A stretch of DNA of 64,000 nt from an uncultured Methanosarcinales archaeon (lineage in GTDB: Archaea > Halobacteriota > Methanosarcinia > Methanotrichales > Methanotrichaceae): contig CAWJKV010000004.1 of the NCBI GenBank assembly GCA_963843555.1, forward strand, positions 96,001 to 160,000. The letters run 5' to 3'. Numbering within the stretch: the stretch's first letter is position 1; every line of letters starts with the position of its first letter. The translations under genes and the position numbers were made by a program. The notes under the pieces are model-generated. The model had not been told where the DNA came from. It worked only from the letters and a program-made list of their open reading frames with translations, and made no database searches. Of this stretch, positions 51,735 through 63,145 are shown one piece after another.

Positions 51735-53219
51735 TCAGATCTTCTCCTCTGACTTCTGCTGGCTGAGGTACGATCCAACGGCCGCGGCGATAGCAGCTAC
51801 CTGGCGGTTGTCTGCGCCCAAAGCTGAAGCCAGCGACATGTTCTTATCATAATCCACAGCTGCAACCTGCTTGACAGCGTCGGCAATATTCTCTTCTTTT
51901 ATGAAACCGGTATTGAAGTCACCGCTCCTGAACCTGGCATTTCTGAGCACTGCTTTATGAAAGATGATGTTGGTCTTCACGCCGACAATGATGTACTCGT
52001 AGAGGGCACGCTCCATTCTGGCAATGGCTTCTTTGCGGTCTTTGCCGTGGGCTACGAGTTTGGAGATCAATGAATCGTAGTAAGGCGGAATGACGTAGCC
52101 GGTGTAAACTCCGCTGTCCACTCTTATGCCAGGTCCGCCGGGACTCCTGTACCTCTTGATCTTTCCTGGAGCCGGTGAGAAGTCGTTCAAGGGATCCTCG
52201 GCATTGATGCGACATTCGATGGCCCAGCCGCGTATCTGCATGTCGCACTGGTCATAGTTGAGAGGGTTACCTGCAGCCACCAGGATCTGCTCTTTGGCCA
52301 GGTCTACGCCTGTAACCATCTCTGTGATAGGGTGCTCTACCTGCAGACGGGTGTTCATCTCCAGGAAGAAGAAGTCGCCCCGGGAATACATGAACTCCAC
52401 TGTGCCGGCGCTCGCATAGCCGATGGCTTTGGCAGCTTTGACGGCGATGGTGCCCATCCTCTCGCGCAGATCCTCGGTCATAACAGGCGAAGGGGACTCC
52501 TCTATCAGCTTCTGGTGGCGGCGCTGAATGGAGCACTCCCGGTCGGAGACATAAAGGGTCTTTCCCATATTGTCGGCCAGAATCTGGAATTCGATGTGTC
52601 TCGGCTCCGTCAGGTATTTTTCGATGTATATGGTGTCGTCGCCAAAGGCATTGCGGGCCACGGACTGAGATGAGGTGAGGGAAGGCAGCAGCTCCTCGCG
52701 GCTCTGCACGATCTTCATGCCAATTCCGCCGCCTCCAGCGGCAGGCTTGAGTATAATTGGATAGCCGATTCTTTCCGCAATCTCCACCGCTTCATCCGGA
52801 TCGCGGATGCCCTCCTCAATGCCGGGAACAATTGGAACTCCTGCGTCCTTCATAGTCTGCCGGGCTGTGATCTTGGAGCCCATAGCATCGATTGCAGAGG
52901 ACGGTGGGCCTATGAATACGATATCATTCTCTACACATGCCCTGGCGAAGTGGGTATTTTCAGAGAGGAAGCCGTAGCCGGGATGTATGGCCTCGGCTCC
53001 GGTCTCCAGGGCGGCATTGATGATGTTGTCGATCTTCAGGTAGCTCTCCCTGGAGGGAGACGGTCCAATGAAGACTGCCTCGTCTGCGTATTTGGCAAAA
53101 AGAGCATTTTTATCCGCTTCGGAGTAAACGGCCACGGTCGAGATGCCCAGCTCCCGGCAGGCACGCATCACGCGAATGGCGATCTCTCCCCGGTTGGCGA
53201 TCAGGATCTTATTGAACAT
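51735..53219 (-). CDS. pycA: Biotin carboxylase (pyruvate carboxylase subunit A type)
   Basis: KILIANRGEIA, HPGYGFLSEN, GGGGIGM, RECSIQRRHQK, EMNTRLQVEH, RINAED, YYDSLISK. Confidence 0.9.
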   Translation of the reverse strand: MFNKILIANRGEIAIRVMRACRELGISTVAVYSEADKNALFAKYADEAVFIGPSPSRESYLKIDNIINAALETGAEAIHPGYGFLSENTHFARACVENDIVFIGPPSSAIDAMGSKITARQTMKDAGVPIVPGIEEGIRDPDEAVEIAERIGYPIILKPAAGGGGIGMKIVQSREELLPSLTSSQSVARNAFGDDTIYIEKYLTEPRHIEFQILADNMGKTLYVSDRECSIQRRHQKLIEESPSPVMTEDLRERMGTIAVKAAKAIGYASAGTVEFMYSRGDFFFLEMNTRLQVEHPITEMVTGVDLAKEQILVAAGNPLNYDQCDMQIRGWAIECRINAEDPLNDFSPAPGKIKRYRSPGGPGIRVDSGVYTGYVIPPYYDSLISKLVAHGKDRKEAIARMERALYEYIIVGVKTNIIFHKAVLRNARFRSGDFNTGFIKEENIADAVKQVAAVDYDKNMSLASALGADNRQVAAIAAAVGSYLSQQKSEEKI

Positions 53220-53354
53220 CCCCGGTTGTTAGGCACCGCCAGGGTAAAACCTTTTTGGAACAATGTTGAAGAAACTGATCTTCCTTCATGTAGCCGCCAA
53301 TTCAACAATCTTCTAAGAAATATTTAATAAGTATGTGGGACTAATATCCTGATC

Positions 53355-54213
53355 ATGGGAGAGGATTACAATAAGTAGACTTGGATGGATTCGTCAGAAA
53401 CCAGATATTAGAGACTATTCAGTTGATCGGCCTGATGTTGCCAGACTCCTTGTACAGCTTCCAACCGGCCTGTCGCCAGAGGTTGATCTTCGTAAATATT
53501 GTACTGAAATAGTGGATCAGAGAAATCTGGGGAGCTGCACTGCCAACGCTCTGGCCGGGCTGATAGGCTACTTCATTAAGAAGTCTACGGGAAAAGAGTT
53601 TGCGGCAAGCCGGTTGTTCAACTACTGGTACACCCGCTGGCTGGAAGGTAGCCCGGCCGACCAGGACACGGGGGCAACTATCCGCAGCACGATGGGCAGT
53701 CTGGCCACCTTTGGCACCATCGCGGAGAAGCTATTGCCCTACCGACCAGAGGATTTCATGATAGAGCCACCCTACAGGCTCGGACTGATGGCGCAAAACT
53801 TCCAGGCAGTGAAGTATGTCCTCATCGACCAGCCAGGCATGACGGGAAATGAAGTACTTACGGGCGTAAAGAGGCAACTTCTGGCGGGCATACCACTGGA
53901 ATTCGGCTTCGAGGTCTTCTCCCAGTTCAGGTCGGTCGGCAAAGACGGGCTGGTGGCTTATCCCATTCCCGGGTATGCCAACACTGGTGGTCATGCCGTC
54001 GTGGCTGTTGGATATGACGACTCAGTGCAGTGTCCCAATGCCACGCCAGGGGCCATCCTCTGCCGCAACTCCTGGGGGATTGGCTGGGGTATGGACGGTT
54101 ACTTCTGGCTGCCTTATGACTATGTAACCAAGCCTTTTTTTGGAGTCAGATTGGCTGTCGATTGGTGGGCCTTGATATCGCAGGAGTGGCTGGATCTGGG
54201 ACAATTCTCTTGA
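53355..54213 (+). CDS. C1A (papain-like) cysteine peptidase; apparent 1-nt insertion just after the ATG
   Basis: LGWIRQKPDIRDY, DQRNLGSCTANA (catalytic Cys), GGHAV, RNSWG..WG..GYFWLPY. Confidence 0.9.
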
Positions 54214-54312
54214 TAGAGGAAATTCCAGCGAGGACATTGTCGATGCAACCCTCGCCCGGCAGAACAGATAATCAAGGAGTCGGGGTTCTTCGACTGAAAA
54301 AACCAAGCACTT

Positions 54313-55611
54313 TCAATTTTTATCGTCACGTCGCTCTTCCTTATCCTTTTCTTTCTCCATAGCCTCTTTCGATAGCCGGATGGCGCATAGCTCGCTGCAC
54401 ATGGTGCAGGTGTCCGTCTCCACGCCACGACGATGACGCATTTGCTTTGCCCGGGCAGGATTTATGGCTGCCTGGAACTGCAAAGGCCAGTCCAGCTCCG
54501 CGCGCGCTTTCGCCATCTCCAGGTCCCATGCCCGCGCCCGCTCCCGCACGCCCGGACGGGTGAGGTCCGCAGCGTGGGCAGCAACGCGCGTCACATAGGT
54601 GCCCTCGATCACATCCTCTTTGGTGGGCAGATCCAGATGCTCGGAGGGCGTGGTAGCGCAGAGGAAGTCCGCTCCGGCCATGCCCGCAATCACCCCGCCC
54701 ATAGCCGCAGTGATATGGTCGTAGCCGGGCGCGATGTCCGTGACAAGTGGTCCCAGAAGGTAAAGAGGCGCGCCGTCCGTCAGATGTTTCATGGCCCGGA
54801 CGCTGGTCTCGATCTCATCCGCCGGCACATGCCCCGGCCCTTCCACCATAGCCTGAACGCCAGCGGCCCGCGCCCGCCGGACCAGTTCGCCCAGCATTAT
54901 GAACTCCATGTACTTGGCCCGGTCGGATGCATCCTGGATGCAGCCTGGCCGCAGGCCGTCGCCCAGAGAGAGGGTCAGCTCGTACTCCCTTGCCATCTCC
55001 AGGAGATAGTCGTACTCAGCATAGTAGGGGTTCTCCTCGCCCGTCTCGGCGATGTACTTCATAGTCAGAGACCCGCCCCGGCTCACAACGCCCATGATGC
55101 GCGGATCCTGTCGCAGCCGCTCCAGGGAGATCTTGTTCACTCCGACGTGCACCGTCACAAAGTCCACGCCATCCCGGGCGTGCTTCTCCAGGGAGTCGAA
55201 CATGCCCTGGCTGGTCAATTCCTTCTTAACCGCCGCCTGGTAGATGGGCACCGTGCCCAGAGGAACGCCGACGGCATCCATGATCATTCGCCGGACCAGG
55301 TCCAGGTCTCCGCCCGTGGACAGATCCATCACGGCATCAGCTCCCGCCTCAACCGCCGCCATGGCCTTTTCCACTTCCATCTCAGGAGAGTCCAGGTTTT
55401 GCGAGGTGCCGACGTTCACATTCACCTTGGTGGTGAGCCTCTCCCCTATGCCTGCGGGCTCCAGCCCCTCCCGGCGCAGGTTACCTGGGATGACCACCCG
55501 GCCCGCTGCCACCAGACGGGCTAGCTTCGCCGGCTCTATCCCCTCTCGATTCGCTACTGTTTCTATTTCGCGGGGCACGCGCCCCCTCGTTGCCTCTTCC
55601 ATCAGGGTCAT
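54313..55611 (-). CDS. thiC: ThiC-family radical SAM enzyme (phosphomethylpyrimidine synthase or BzaF-like paralog)
   Basis: [60 protein letters not shown]. Confidence 0.88.
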   Translation of the reverse strand: MTLMEEATRGRVPREIETVANREGIEPAKLARLVAAGRVVIPGNLRREGLEPAGIGERLTTKVNVNVGTSQNLDSPEMEVEKAMAAVEAGADAVMDLSTGGDLDLVRRMIMDAVGVPLGTVPIYQAAVKKELTSQGMFDSLEKHARDGVDFVTVHVGVNKISLERLRQDPRIMGVVSRGGSLTMKYIAETGEENPYYAEYDYLLEMAREYELTLSLGDGLRPGCIQDASDRAKYMEFIMLGELVRRARAAGVQAMVEGPGHVPADEIETSVRAMKHLTDGAPLYLLGPLVTDIAPGYDHITAAMGGVIAGMAGADFLCATTPSEHLDLPTKEDVIEGTYVTRVAAHAADLTRPGVRERARAWDLEMAKARAELDWPLQFQAAINPARAKQMRHRRGVETDTCTMCSELCAIRLSKEAMEKEKDKEERRDDKN

Positions 55612-55665
55612 TGGTACCAACTAATATATTGTAAGAGCTACATTCCGGGTTGTTGGTGTTTATCA

Positions 55666-56307
55666 ATGGTTGAAGTGCATAAGGTTAGCGGTGCCGCCTT
55701 CGATGGCAATGTCTACCTGGTTATGGATGAGAAGCCCATTCTGGTAGACGCAGGCATGATGGCCGGCCCGACCTTAAAAAATATCAAAAAATTTATCGAT
55801 CCTGCCAAGATCGAATTGATCATTCTCACTCACTGCCACCATGACCACTCCGGCGCGGCTCCCGCCCTAAAAGAAGTTACAGGCGCAAAACTCTTGCTCA
55901 GTGAGAAAGAAGAAGGCTGCGTGGGAGACGATCTTGCAACAGTAGCCTATCTTTTCGGCCAGCAGGCCCCCGAGTACAGAGTAGACGAGAGCCTTAAGGA
56001 AGGAATGGTCCTGGATATTGGAAAATGGAAGCTGGAGGTCATAGAGACGCCTGGCCATTCCCTGGGCAGCCTCTGCCTCTATGAGCGGAATGAGAAGGTT
56101 CTCTTCTCCGGCGACACCGTATTCCCGGACGGGAACATTGGCCGTACAGATATGATGGGTGGCAATACATCGGAACTGGTCAGATCTATTGAGCGATTGA
56201 CAAAACTGGATGTTAAGACCATGTATCCCGGCCACATGGAAATCACAAGCCAGGATGTCAATCGCCAGATTCAAATGAGTCTCCGATTTGCCAGCAGTAT
56301 GCAATAA
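55666..56307 (+). CDS. MBL-fold metallohydrolase (glyoxalase II-like)
   Basis: THCHHDHSG, TPGHS, FSGD, YPGH. Confidence 0.9.
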   Translation: MVEVHKVSGAAFDGNVYLVMDEKPILVDAGMMAGPTLKNIKKFIDPAKIELIILTHCHHDHSGAAPALKEVTGAKLLLSEKEEGCVGDDLATVAYLFGQQAPEYRVDESLKEGMVLDIGKWKLEVIETPGHSLGSLCLYERNEKVLFSGDTVFPDGNIGRTDMMGGNTSELVRSIERLTKLDVKTMYPGHMEITSQDVNRQIQMSLRFASSMQ

Positions 56308-56323
56308 AACAGGAATTAATCTT

Positions 56324-57472
56324 ATGACCGATAAAAATGATCTGAAGAAAAGGGAATCTGAATCCATATTTCAGACCTATAGCCGCCAGGATGTACTCCT
56401 CGTGCGCGGTAGCCTTGCACGCGTCTGGGATTCCGACGGCAAAGAGTACCTGGACTTCGTGGCCGGCATTGCCGTAAACAGCGTGGGCCACTGCCATCCT
56501 CGCGTCGTCGAGGCCATTGGCCGGCAGGCAGCCACGCTTATCCATACCTCCAACCTCTACTACACAGAAAATCAGGTCTTACTCGCGGAAGAGCTGAAGA
56601 GGCTCACCGGCATGAAGAGGGCATACTTCTGCAACTCAGGAGCCGAGAGCGTGGAGGCTGCCCTGAAGCTCACCCGCCGGGCCACAGGCAAATCAAAGAT
56701 CGTAGCGGCCGAACACGCTTTCCACGGCCGCACCCTGGGAGCATTGGGCCTTACCTACAAAACCGTTTACCGTGAGCCGTTCCAGCCCTTAAGCGAGGCC
56801 ACATTCATCCCCTTCAACGACGATGAGGCACTGAAGTCAGCCGTTACCAGAGAGACGGCGGCCGTCATACTGGAGCCGGTGCAGGGCGAAGCTGGAGTCT
56901 ATGTGGCTGACAAAGATTTTCTGTTGGCCGCCCGCCAGATCTGCGATGATGCCGGGGCTCTGCTTATCTTCGACGAGGTGCAGACGGGCTTCGGGCGCAC
57001 AGGAAAGTGGTTTGGCAAAGACCACTCCGGAGTTCAGCCGGATATCATCACCCTGGCCAAAGCCATTGCCGGAGGCCTGCCCATGGGGGCCATGCTCGCC
57101 AGCGAGACCGTCTCGGAAGCTTTCCAGAAAGGCGACCATGGGTCCACCTTTGCCGGCAGCCCATTGATCAGCGCGGCAGCAATGGCAACGATTGAGGTTA
57201 TTCTGGAAGAGAAGCTGGTGCAGAGGTCCGAGGAGCTGGGACTGTACCTCCGCACTGAACTTGAGAAGCTCGGCCCCCGCGAGATTCGCGGCCAGGGGTT
57301 AATGGTAGGTCTGGATCTGGACGCAGACTGCAAGGTGCTGGTGGAGAAGGCCCTGCAAAAAGGGGTTCTCATCAACAACACAGGCGAGCACACCCTGCGC
57401 CTCATTCCACCCCTGGTGGTTACCAGGGAAGAGATCGATAGAGTGGTGACGGTCATTGGGGAATTGCTCTAA
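56324..57472 (+). CDS. argD: Acetylornithine aminotransferase
   Basis: [56 protein letters not shown]. Confidence 0.93.
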   Translation: MTDKNDLKKRESESIFQTYSRQDVLLVRGSLARVWDSDGKEYLDFVAGIAVNSVGHCHPRVVEAIGRQAATLIHTSNLYYTENQVLLAEELKRLTGMKRAYFCNSGAESVEAALKLTRRATGKSKIVAAEHAFHGRTLGALGLTYKTVYREPFQPLSEATFIPFNDDEALKSAVTRETAAVILEPVQGEAGVYVADKDFLLAARQICDDAGALLIFDEVQTGFGRTGKWFGKDHSGVQPDIITLAKAIAGGLPMGAMLASETVSEAFQKGDHGSTFAGSPLISAAAMATIEVILEEKLVQRSEELGLYLRTELEKLGPREIRGQGLMVGLDLDADCKVLVEKALQKGVLINNTGEHTLRLIPPLVVTREEIDRVVTVIGELL

Positions 57473-58516
57473 TCCAGAGAAGCTAAGACCATGCCTGGGA
57501 CGGCTTATGCCATATGTCGCAGGAAAGGGCATCACCGAAGTCTCCCGCAGGTATGGCCTGAAGCCGGAAGAGATTGTGAAGCTGGGCAGCAACGAGAACC
57601 CCTACGGCCCCAGCCCCAAAGTGGCCGGGCCCTGCAAGACATCTCTCCTGAGAGATACCCTGAGCCAGAGGAGCTGATGGCAGGCCTGGCCGGATATACC
57701 GGCTTTCCCGAAGAGATGATAGTAGTTGGGGCAGGCATGGATGGGGTGATGGATACTCTAACCCGGCTCTTTCTGGAAGAGGGAGATCGAACCTTCATAC
57801 CCACCCCCACCTTCAGCTACTACGAGATCCTGACATTCTTAAACGGCGCGAAGCCTGTCTTTTCGCAGCGCGGCGAGGAATTCGAAGTTCCCATGAGTAT
57901 CCCGGCAGATACGAAGATGGCCTTTCTCTGCTCACCCAACAATCCCACCGGCAACGTCACAGACGAGAAAGAGGTGCGGGCCCTGCTGGAGAGCACGGAT
58001 GCCATTGTGTTCCTGGATGAGGCCTATGTGGAATTCGCGGAACAGAGCCTGGCTATGCTCGTGAAAGAGTATGATAACCTGGTTGTAGGTCGCACATTTT
58101 CCAAAGCCTTCGGGCTGGCGGGCATGCGTCTGGGCTATGCCCTGGCACCGCAATGGATTGCAGATCAATACAGGAGAGCAGCACCTCCCTTCTTTGGCAT
58201 CTCCTGCGCCTCGACGGCCGCGGGAGTCGCTGCCCTGTCGGACATTCCATTCATGCATAATTCCGTGGAAAAGATCCGCATGGAGCGAAAGCGGCTGCAA
58301 GGCGTGACTAACTCGCATCCCTCTCAGGCCAACTTCCTTTACATCGAGACTGATGTAGCCTCCAATTTATTTGTGGAGAGATTCCTGGCCCGGGGCATCA
58401 TCATTCGCGACTGTCGTTCCTTCCGGGGAGCGGGCGAGCACCATGCGCGCGTGACCGTGGGAACGCCATCTGAGAACGACCGCTTCCTCTCCGCCTTCCG
58501 GGAGATATGCAGATAG
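57456..58516 (+). CDS. hisC: Histidinol-phosphate aminotransferase (frameshift near 57625; start uncertain)
   Basis: [13 protein letters not shown] in one frame; [37 protein letters not shown] in the next. Confidence 0.92.
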
Positions 58517-59011
58517 CTCTCACCGGCACACCCGGCACAGGCAAGACCACAGTCGCCGGGCTTCTGCCCTACAAAGTCATCGATATCAATGCTCTGGTTA
58601 GGGGCGGCATGAACCTGGGCACAGACCCGGAAAGGGGCTGCCTGGAAGCGGATATGGACGCTCTGGCGCGGCGGCTCATGGAATTGGATTCCGATGAGAT
58701 CTCTATCCTGGAAGGTCACTTCTCTCATCACTTCGCAGACTGGTCCATAGTCCTCAGGCTCGCGCCCTCCGCCCTTCGGCTCAGGCTGGAGGCGCGAGGC
58801 TACTCCATCGAGAAGATTGGGGAAAACCTGGAGGCTGAAGCCCTGGACGTTATCCTGGTCGAGGCAGTGGAGTCTTGTCAGCGGGTGGATGAGATAGACA
58901 CCACCGGGAAAACCGCTCCTGCAAGTAGCAGAGCTGGTGGCAAGGATCATAAAAGACGAACTGGAGCTGCCTCCAGGCCAGGTGGACTGGCTGATCGACT
59001 TCTTCGGTTAA
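58507..59011 (+). CDS. Adenylate kinase 6 / Fap7-like NMP kinase (frameshift near 58920)
   Basis: [29 protein letters not shown]; shifted-frame C terminus LPPGQVDWLIDFFG*. Confidence 0.88.
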
Positions 59012-59016
59012 AGATC

Positions 59017-60422
59017 TCAATCGTTAAAAAATCTGGTTCTGCCTGGATCAGGAAGAAATAATCTGGCAAATACCTGTGCATATATCTGTCTTTGGCTAGA
59101 GAACCAATCCGGACGGGGCAGGATCCCAGAATTTACATCCGAAATTTCAGTCTTGCTTGAGGCCGTTCTCCTCATTGGGAAGCCTCTTCCAGATGTGGCA
59201 TCATTGGACTGTTTGGGCCGGGCACGTCCAGCAGGCGACCAATACGAGACGCTGCCTTTTCCAGAAAAGGAGAGCGAGAGCGAATCATTGGCCTCGGCCC
59301 GGGCTATGACTACTGCACCTCTTGCCTGGGCATCGCATATTATAGGCGCCGATGTCCAGTTGAGGTGCTGAATTCGTTGCTGATTCGTGGACCAGAGTGC
59401 CCGCCCGAGAAGACGGCTGGATTCCGTGCCCTCGATGAACTCGATCATCACCTCTACCAATCCATGCAGAGACCGCAACACCAGGCCTTTGCTCTCCTGG
59501 ATAAATATGCCACCCACTTCTGCGCCCCCCAATCCAGCGATAACGTGGGCCAGGGCATCGTTAGATCCATATCGGTATCGCCTGACGAGCTCATAAAGGC
59601 CTCCATTATGCCGTCTATGGCCTCAAGCTCCCGGTTAGCCCTCGTGATCTCGATCTCCAGCTCCTTTCTCTGGGTTATATCGAGGAGATTGCCAAGGATC
59701 GCCCTCTGCCCTTCGTGCTCTACGGGAACTGACCTGAATTCGATCCAGCGATATGTTCCATCTTTACGCTGCACCTTCGACTCATAGATTGGAACCGCCG
59801 ACAGCTGGTCGCGCTCCAGACGGCTGACGAATTGGATATCATCAGGCTTGACGAGCTGCCAGAAGGGCATGCCGAGGAGGCTCTCAGCAGCGCAGCCGAA
59901 TATCTCGCCTAGCTTCGGATTGACCAGCTTGAAGGCTCCTTCCTGGAGTATGTAAATGCCGGCCAGGGCGTTCTCTACTATATTTCTATGAATTCGCTCT
60001 GATCTCTCGATGCGTTCCCGCATCTTCCTCTCGTTTGCCTTGAACCTGGCCTCTTGAGTCAGATTCTCAAAGACATAGGGAAGGCTCTTGAAGCTCTCCA
60101 GGCTCTTGACCACATACTTGGTGGCCCTGTTCTCGAAGGCCACAACTGCCATCTCCGTTGTGCCGTGACCTGAAACCATGACCACGGGAATATCCGGATC
60201 CAGTTTACGGATCTTTACCAGCACATCCAGCCCCCCAATGCCTGGTAAGACCAGATCTACGGAGATCAGATCATAAGCAGTACTCGCGATCATCTCCAGA
60301 CCCTCTTCCCCGGTGGTCGCAAAGTCCAGGAAGAATTCATCGTGCCTTTTAAAGCCCATCTTTATGAGCTCGGCATGTTCTGGATCATCTTCAATAACGA
60401 GAATGCGATAAGGCCCTACCAT
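59017..60422 (-). CDS. Receiver (REC) + PAS + probable GAF signalling protein (frameshift near 59550)
   Basis: ILVIEDD, YDLISVDLVLPG, VMVSG, YVVK; PAS segment ENALAGIY..VNP..RKDG..WIE..DITQRK; C terminus WTSAPII..RGAVVIA. Confidence 0.8.
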
Positions 60423-60539
60423 CGGAATCTGTCCTGCTCGGTTAAGCATAATTGATCTGCGTATTTCTATCTTTCTGTCGCCCATGAAATGCTTTCGCTG
60501 CCATAGATTTAATAGCTCTTGAAAGCATATACAGGCAAG

Positions 60540-62678
60540 ATGAAACTCATTACTGCCCTGATCCTTCTGCTTCTGATAACTCTTGGCCAGGCCAAGACCC
60601 TGATCGTCGATCCTGGTGGATCAGGTGATGCCAAAACTATTCATGACGCGATATTCCTGGCAAGCTCCGGGGATTCGATCCAAATCCTGCCCGGCAATTA
60701 TAGCGGAGCCCTTGTGAACCGCAGCCTCAGCATATCCGGAAAAGGGGATGTAATCCTGGGAGGATCTCTGGTTGTGACGGCGCCAGGCTGCGAGATCTCT
60801 GACCTCACTGTAAAGGTAGGTGGCCAGGACCCTGCCGTAAGTCTCCTGTCAGGAGACAATCGACTTATCCGCTGCACCATTTCCGGAGCTGCGAATGCAT
60901 TAAGGTCGACAGGCGAGAATAATTCAATACTCGAAACCCAGATTGATTCACCTCTGGGTTCAGGTCTGGAGATCTACGGCGCCGGAAATAGGGTTCAGAA
61001 CTGCACCATCCAGGGCAATGTAGGAATCAGGATAAACAAAACCCGAGAGGGCCTGATCTCAGGATGTCGGATCGCAGCCCTGCAGGGTGTGCTGATAGAA
61101 GATTCCAGCCAAAATATAGTTGAGAATAACACATTTTCTGCAGATGGATTTGGAGTGGTGCTCACAAGATCAGAGGGAAATGAGCTATCCACGAATAACA
61201 TTTCCGGGATCTATGTGAGCGGCCTGGACGTGTCGAATTCAAGACGCAATAATCTGACGCGAAACATTATGACAGGTGGCAAGGTCGGCATCAGCCTGAG
61301 AGGTGCAGAGCACTGCAATGTAACAGAGAATGTCTGTTCGAAGAACGAGCGGGCCGGCATCTATGGTGACGGAGATTCTATGAACATGGTCGCAGACAAT
61401 GAGCTATCCGGAAACGGGAACGGCATCCTTCTCTCCGGTTCTGCTGGAGATTGGCTGGAGTCCAATAATGTATCTAAGAATACCTATGGTATCTCACTGC
61501 GCGGCTCAACAGAAAATGTCATGAGAGGGAACCGTCTACAAGAAAACAATTACAACCTGCGTGTCGAGACCGGCGAGGGCACTGCGAGCGCCAATAGCCA
61601 CGATTTCTATGTGCAAGATATAGACGAGACCAACCTTGTCGACAACAAATCGATCTGCTACCTTGTAGGAAAAGCCAACCTCACTCTGCCCTCTGACTGC
61701 GGCTTCCTGGGACTCATATCCTGCCGGGACATTACGGCCAGGAATCTGACCATACATAACAGCAGCACAGGCGTGCTGTTAGTAAACTCCACCAATTGTC
61801 GCATCCAGGACAGCAGTGTCTCTCGAGCTGAAAACGGCTTTTCACTCCTGGACAGCAAGGCCTGCACCATCCTGGGCTGCAGCGTTCGTGACTGCACCAT
61901 CGGCTTTGCGGCCAAAGATTCAACCGGCCTCCAGTTTGTGAATAACCTGGCCCGCAATTGCACGGCAGAAGGTTTTCGAGCCGACAATGCTTTGAGCCTG
62001 CTGCTGCTGAAATGCCGATCAGAGGACTCTAATAACGGTATAGCTCTTCATGGATCCCGCCTTTGCAGGATCCAAAACTGCAGCACGAACTTGAATCTGG
62101 AGAACGGCATACTTCTCACCTCATCTCAGGGTTGTTCAATACTTGGAAATACTGCATTATCCAATGACCGGGGCATGTCCCTCACGGGCAGCAATGCCTG
62201 CACACTGGAAGCAAACAATATGAGTTTAAACAAAAGGGATGGCATTTCTATGGAGCAGCTCAGCGATGCCGATCTTCTGAGCAACACTGCCACAGGCAAT
62301 GGCCAGGGCATCTTTATCCAGTCATCCAAAAAATTAAGAATCACTGGAAATCTTCTTCGCAGCAATAGCCGGTTTGGGCTGCGCATGAGCAGCACCACGG
62401 CCAGTAATATCACTGAAAACGACATCTCCAATAACCAGATATCCGGCGTTAATTTGGTGGATTGCAGCAATAATCTCCTTTACCACAACACATTCGCAGA
62501 TAACAGGATCCAGAACGCAGCCGATAATGGGCAGAACCGGTGGGATGACGGTCCAATATCTGGCGGAAACTACTGGAGTGATCATGAAGTCTCGGGCAAT
62601 CCCGGCAATGTGCCGCGCCAGATTCCCGGGGACGGCCAGGATCGCTATCCTTTCCAGGATCCTGGTGGGTGGAGGTAA
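60540..62678 (+). CDS. Secreted right-handed parallel beta-helix (NosD/CASH repeat) cell-surface protein
   Basis: Signal peptide; many GIxLxxSxNNxIxxN repeats; QDIDETNLVD; GNYWSD...DRYP ending. Confidence 0.88.
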   Translation: MKLITALILLLLITLGQAKTLIVDPGGSGDAKTIHDAIFLASSGDSIQILPGNYSGALVNRSLSISGKGDVILGGSLVVTAPGCEISDLTVKVGGQDPAVSLLSGDNRLIRCTISGAANALRSTGENNSILETQIDSPLGSGLEIYGAGNRVQNCTIQGNVGIRINKTREGLISGCRIAALQGVLIEDSSQNIVENNTFSADGFGVVLTRSEGNELSTNNISGIYVSGLDVSNSRRNNLTRNIMTGGKVGISLRGAEHCNVTENVCSKNERAGIYGDGDSMNMVADNELSGNGNGILLSGSAGDWLESNNVSKNTYGISLRGSTENVMRGNRLQENNYNLRVETGEGTASANSHDFYVQDIDETNLVDNKSICYLVGKANLTLPSDCGFLGLISCRDITARNLTIHNSSTGVLLVNSTNCRIQDSSVSRAENGFSLLDSKACTILGCSVRDCTIGFAAKDSTGLQFVNNLARNCTAEGFRADNALSLLLLKCRSEDSNNGIALHGSRLCRIQNCSTNLNLENGILLTSSQGCSILGNTALSNDRGMSLTGSNACTLEANNMSLNKRDGISMEQLSDADLLSNTATGNGQGIFIQSSKKLRITGNLLRSNSRFGLRMSSTTASNITENDISNNQISGVNLVDCSNNLLYHNTFADNRIQNAADNGQNRWDDGPISGGNYWSDHEVSGNPGNVPRQIPGDGQDRYPFQDPGGWR

Positions 62679-63136
62679 TGGATCAAACAGATCTCTTGCT
62701 TCTCAAGGTTGCCCAGGATGGGCTGAGTCTAACGGATCGGCCCTATCAGACCTGGGGAGAGGTCCTGGGCATCTCTGAAGAGGAGGTCATAGACCGCCTC
62801 CGGGCTCTGGAAAGGGAAGGTGTAATTCGCAGGTTCGCGGCCACCATCGGCCACAGGGCCCTGGGAATCGTGGCCAACGCCATGATAGCCTGGATAGTGC
62901 CCCCGGAGAGAGTGGTGGCTACCGGAGAGCTCTTTGCCGCGGCTGATGAGGTCACCCACTGCTATGAGAGGATGACGGCCATTGACTGGCCTTACAACCT
63001 TTATACTATGGTCCACTCCCGAAGCCGGGAAGACTGCCTGAGAATAGCAGACCAGCTATCCCGTCAATCAGGGATAAGCGATTACATCATCCTCTTCAGC
63101 GAGAGGGAGTACAAGAAGATCAGCGCCAGGATCTGA
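62678..63136 (+). CDS. ahbB: Siroheme decarboxylase beta subunit (Lrp/AsnC-like)
   Basis: QDGL..RPY, IRRF, ANAM, VTHCYER, WPYNLYTMVH, LFS.REYKK; lies upstream of sirC-hemA. Confidence 0.88.
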   Translation: MDQTDLLLLKVAQDGLSLTDRPYQTWGEVLGISEEEVIDRLRALEREGVIRRFAATIGHRALGIVANAMIAWIVPPERVVATGELFAAADEVTHCYERMTAIDWPYNLYTMVHSRSREDCLRIADQLSRQSGISDYIILFSEREYKKISARI

Positions 63137-63145
63137 GGAATTTTT

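Noticed and set aside
54433..55524. Long antisense ORFs (this one, 1565-2551, 12501-13235, 14631-15530, 20353-21102, 27838-28611, and the 5' extension of 37808-38794)
   Set aside because: They are shadows of well-supported genes on the opposite strand, expected with GC-rich codon usage, and show no motifs
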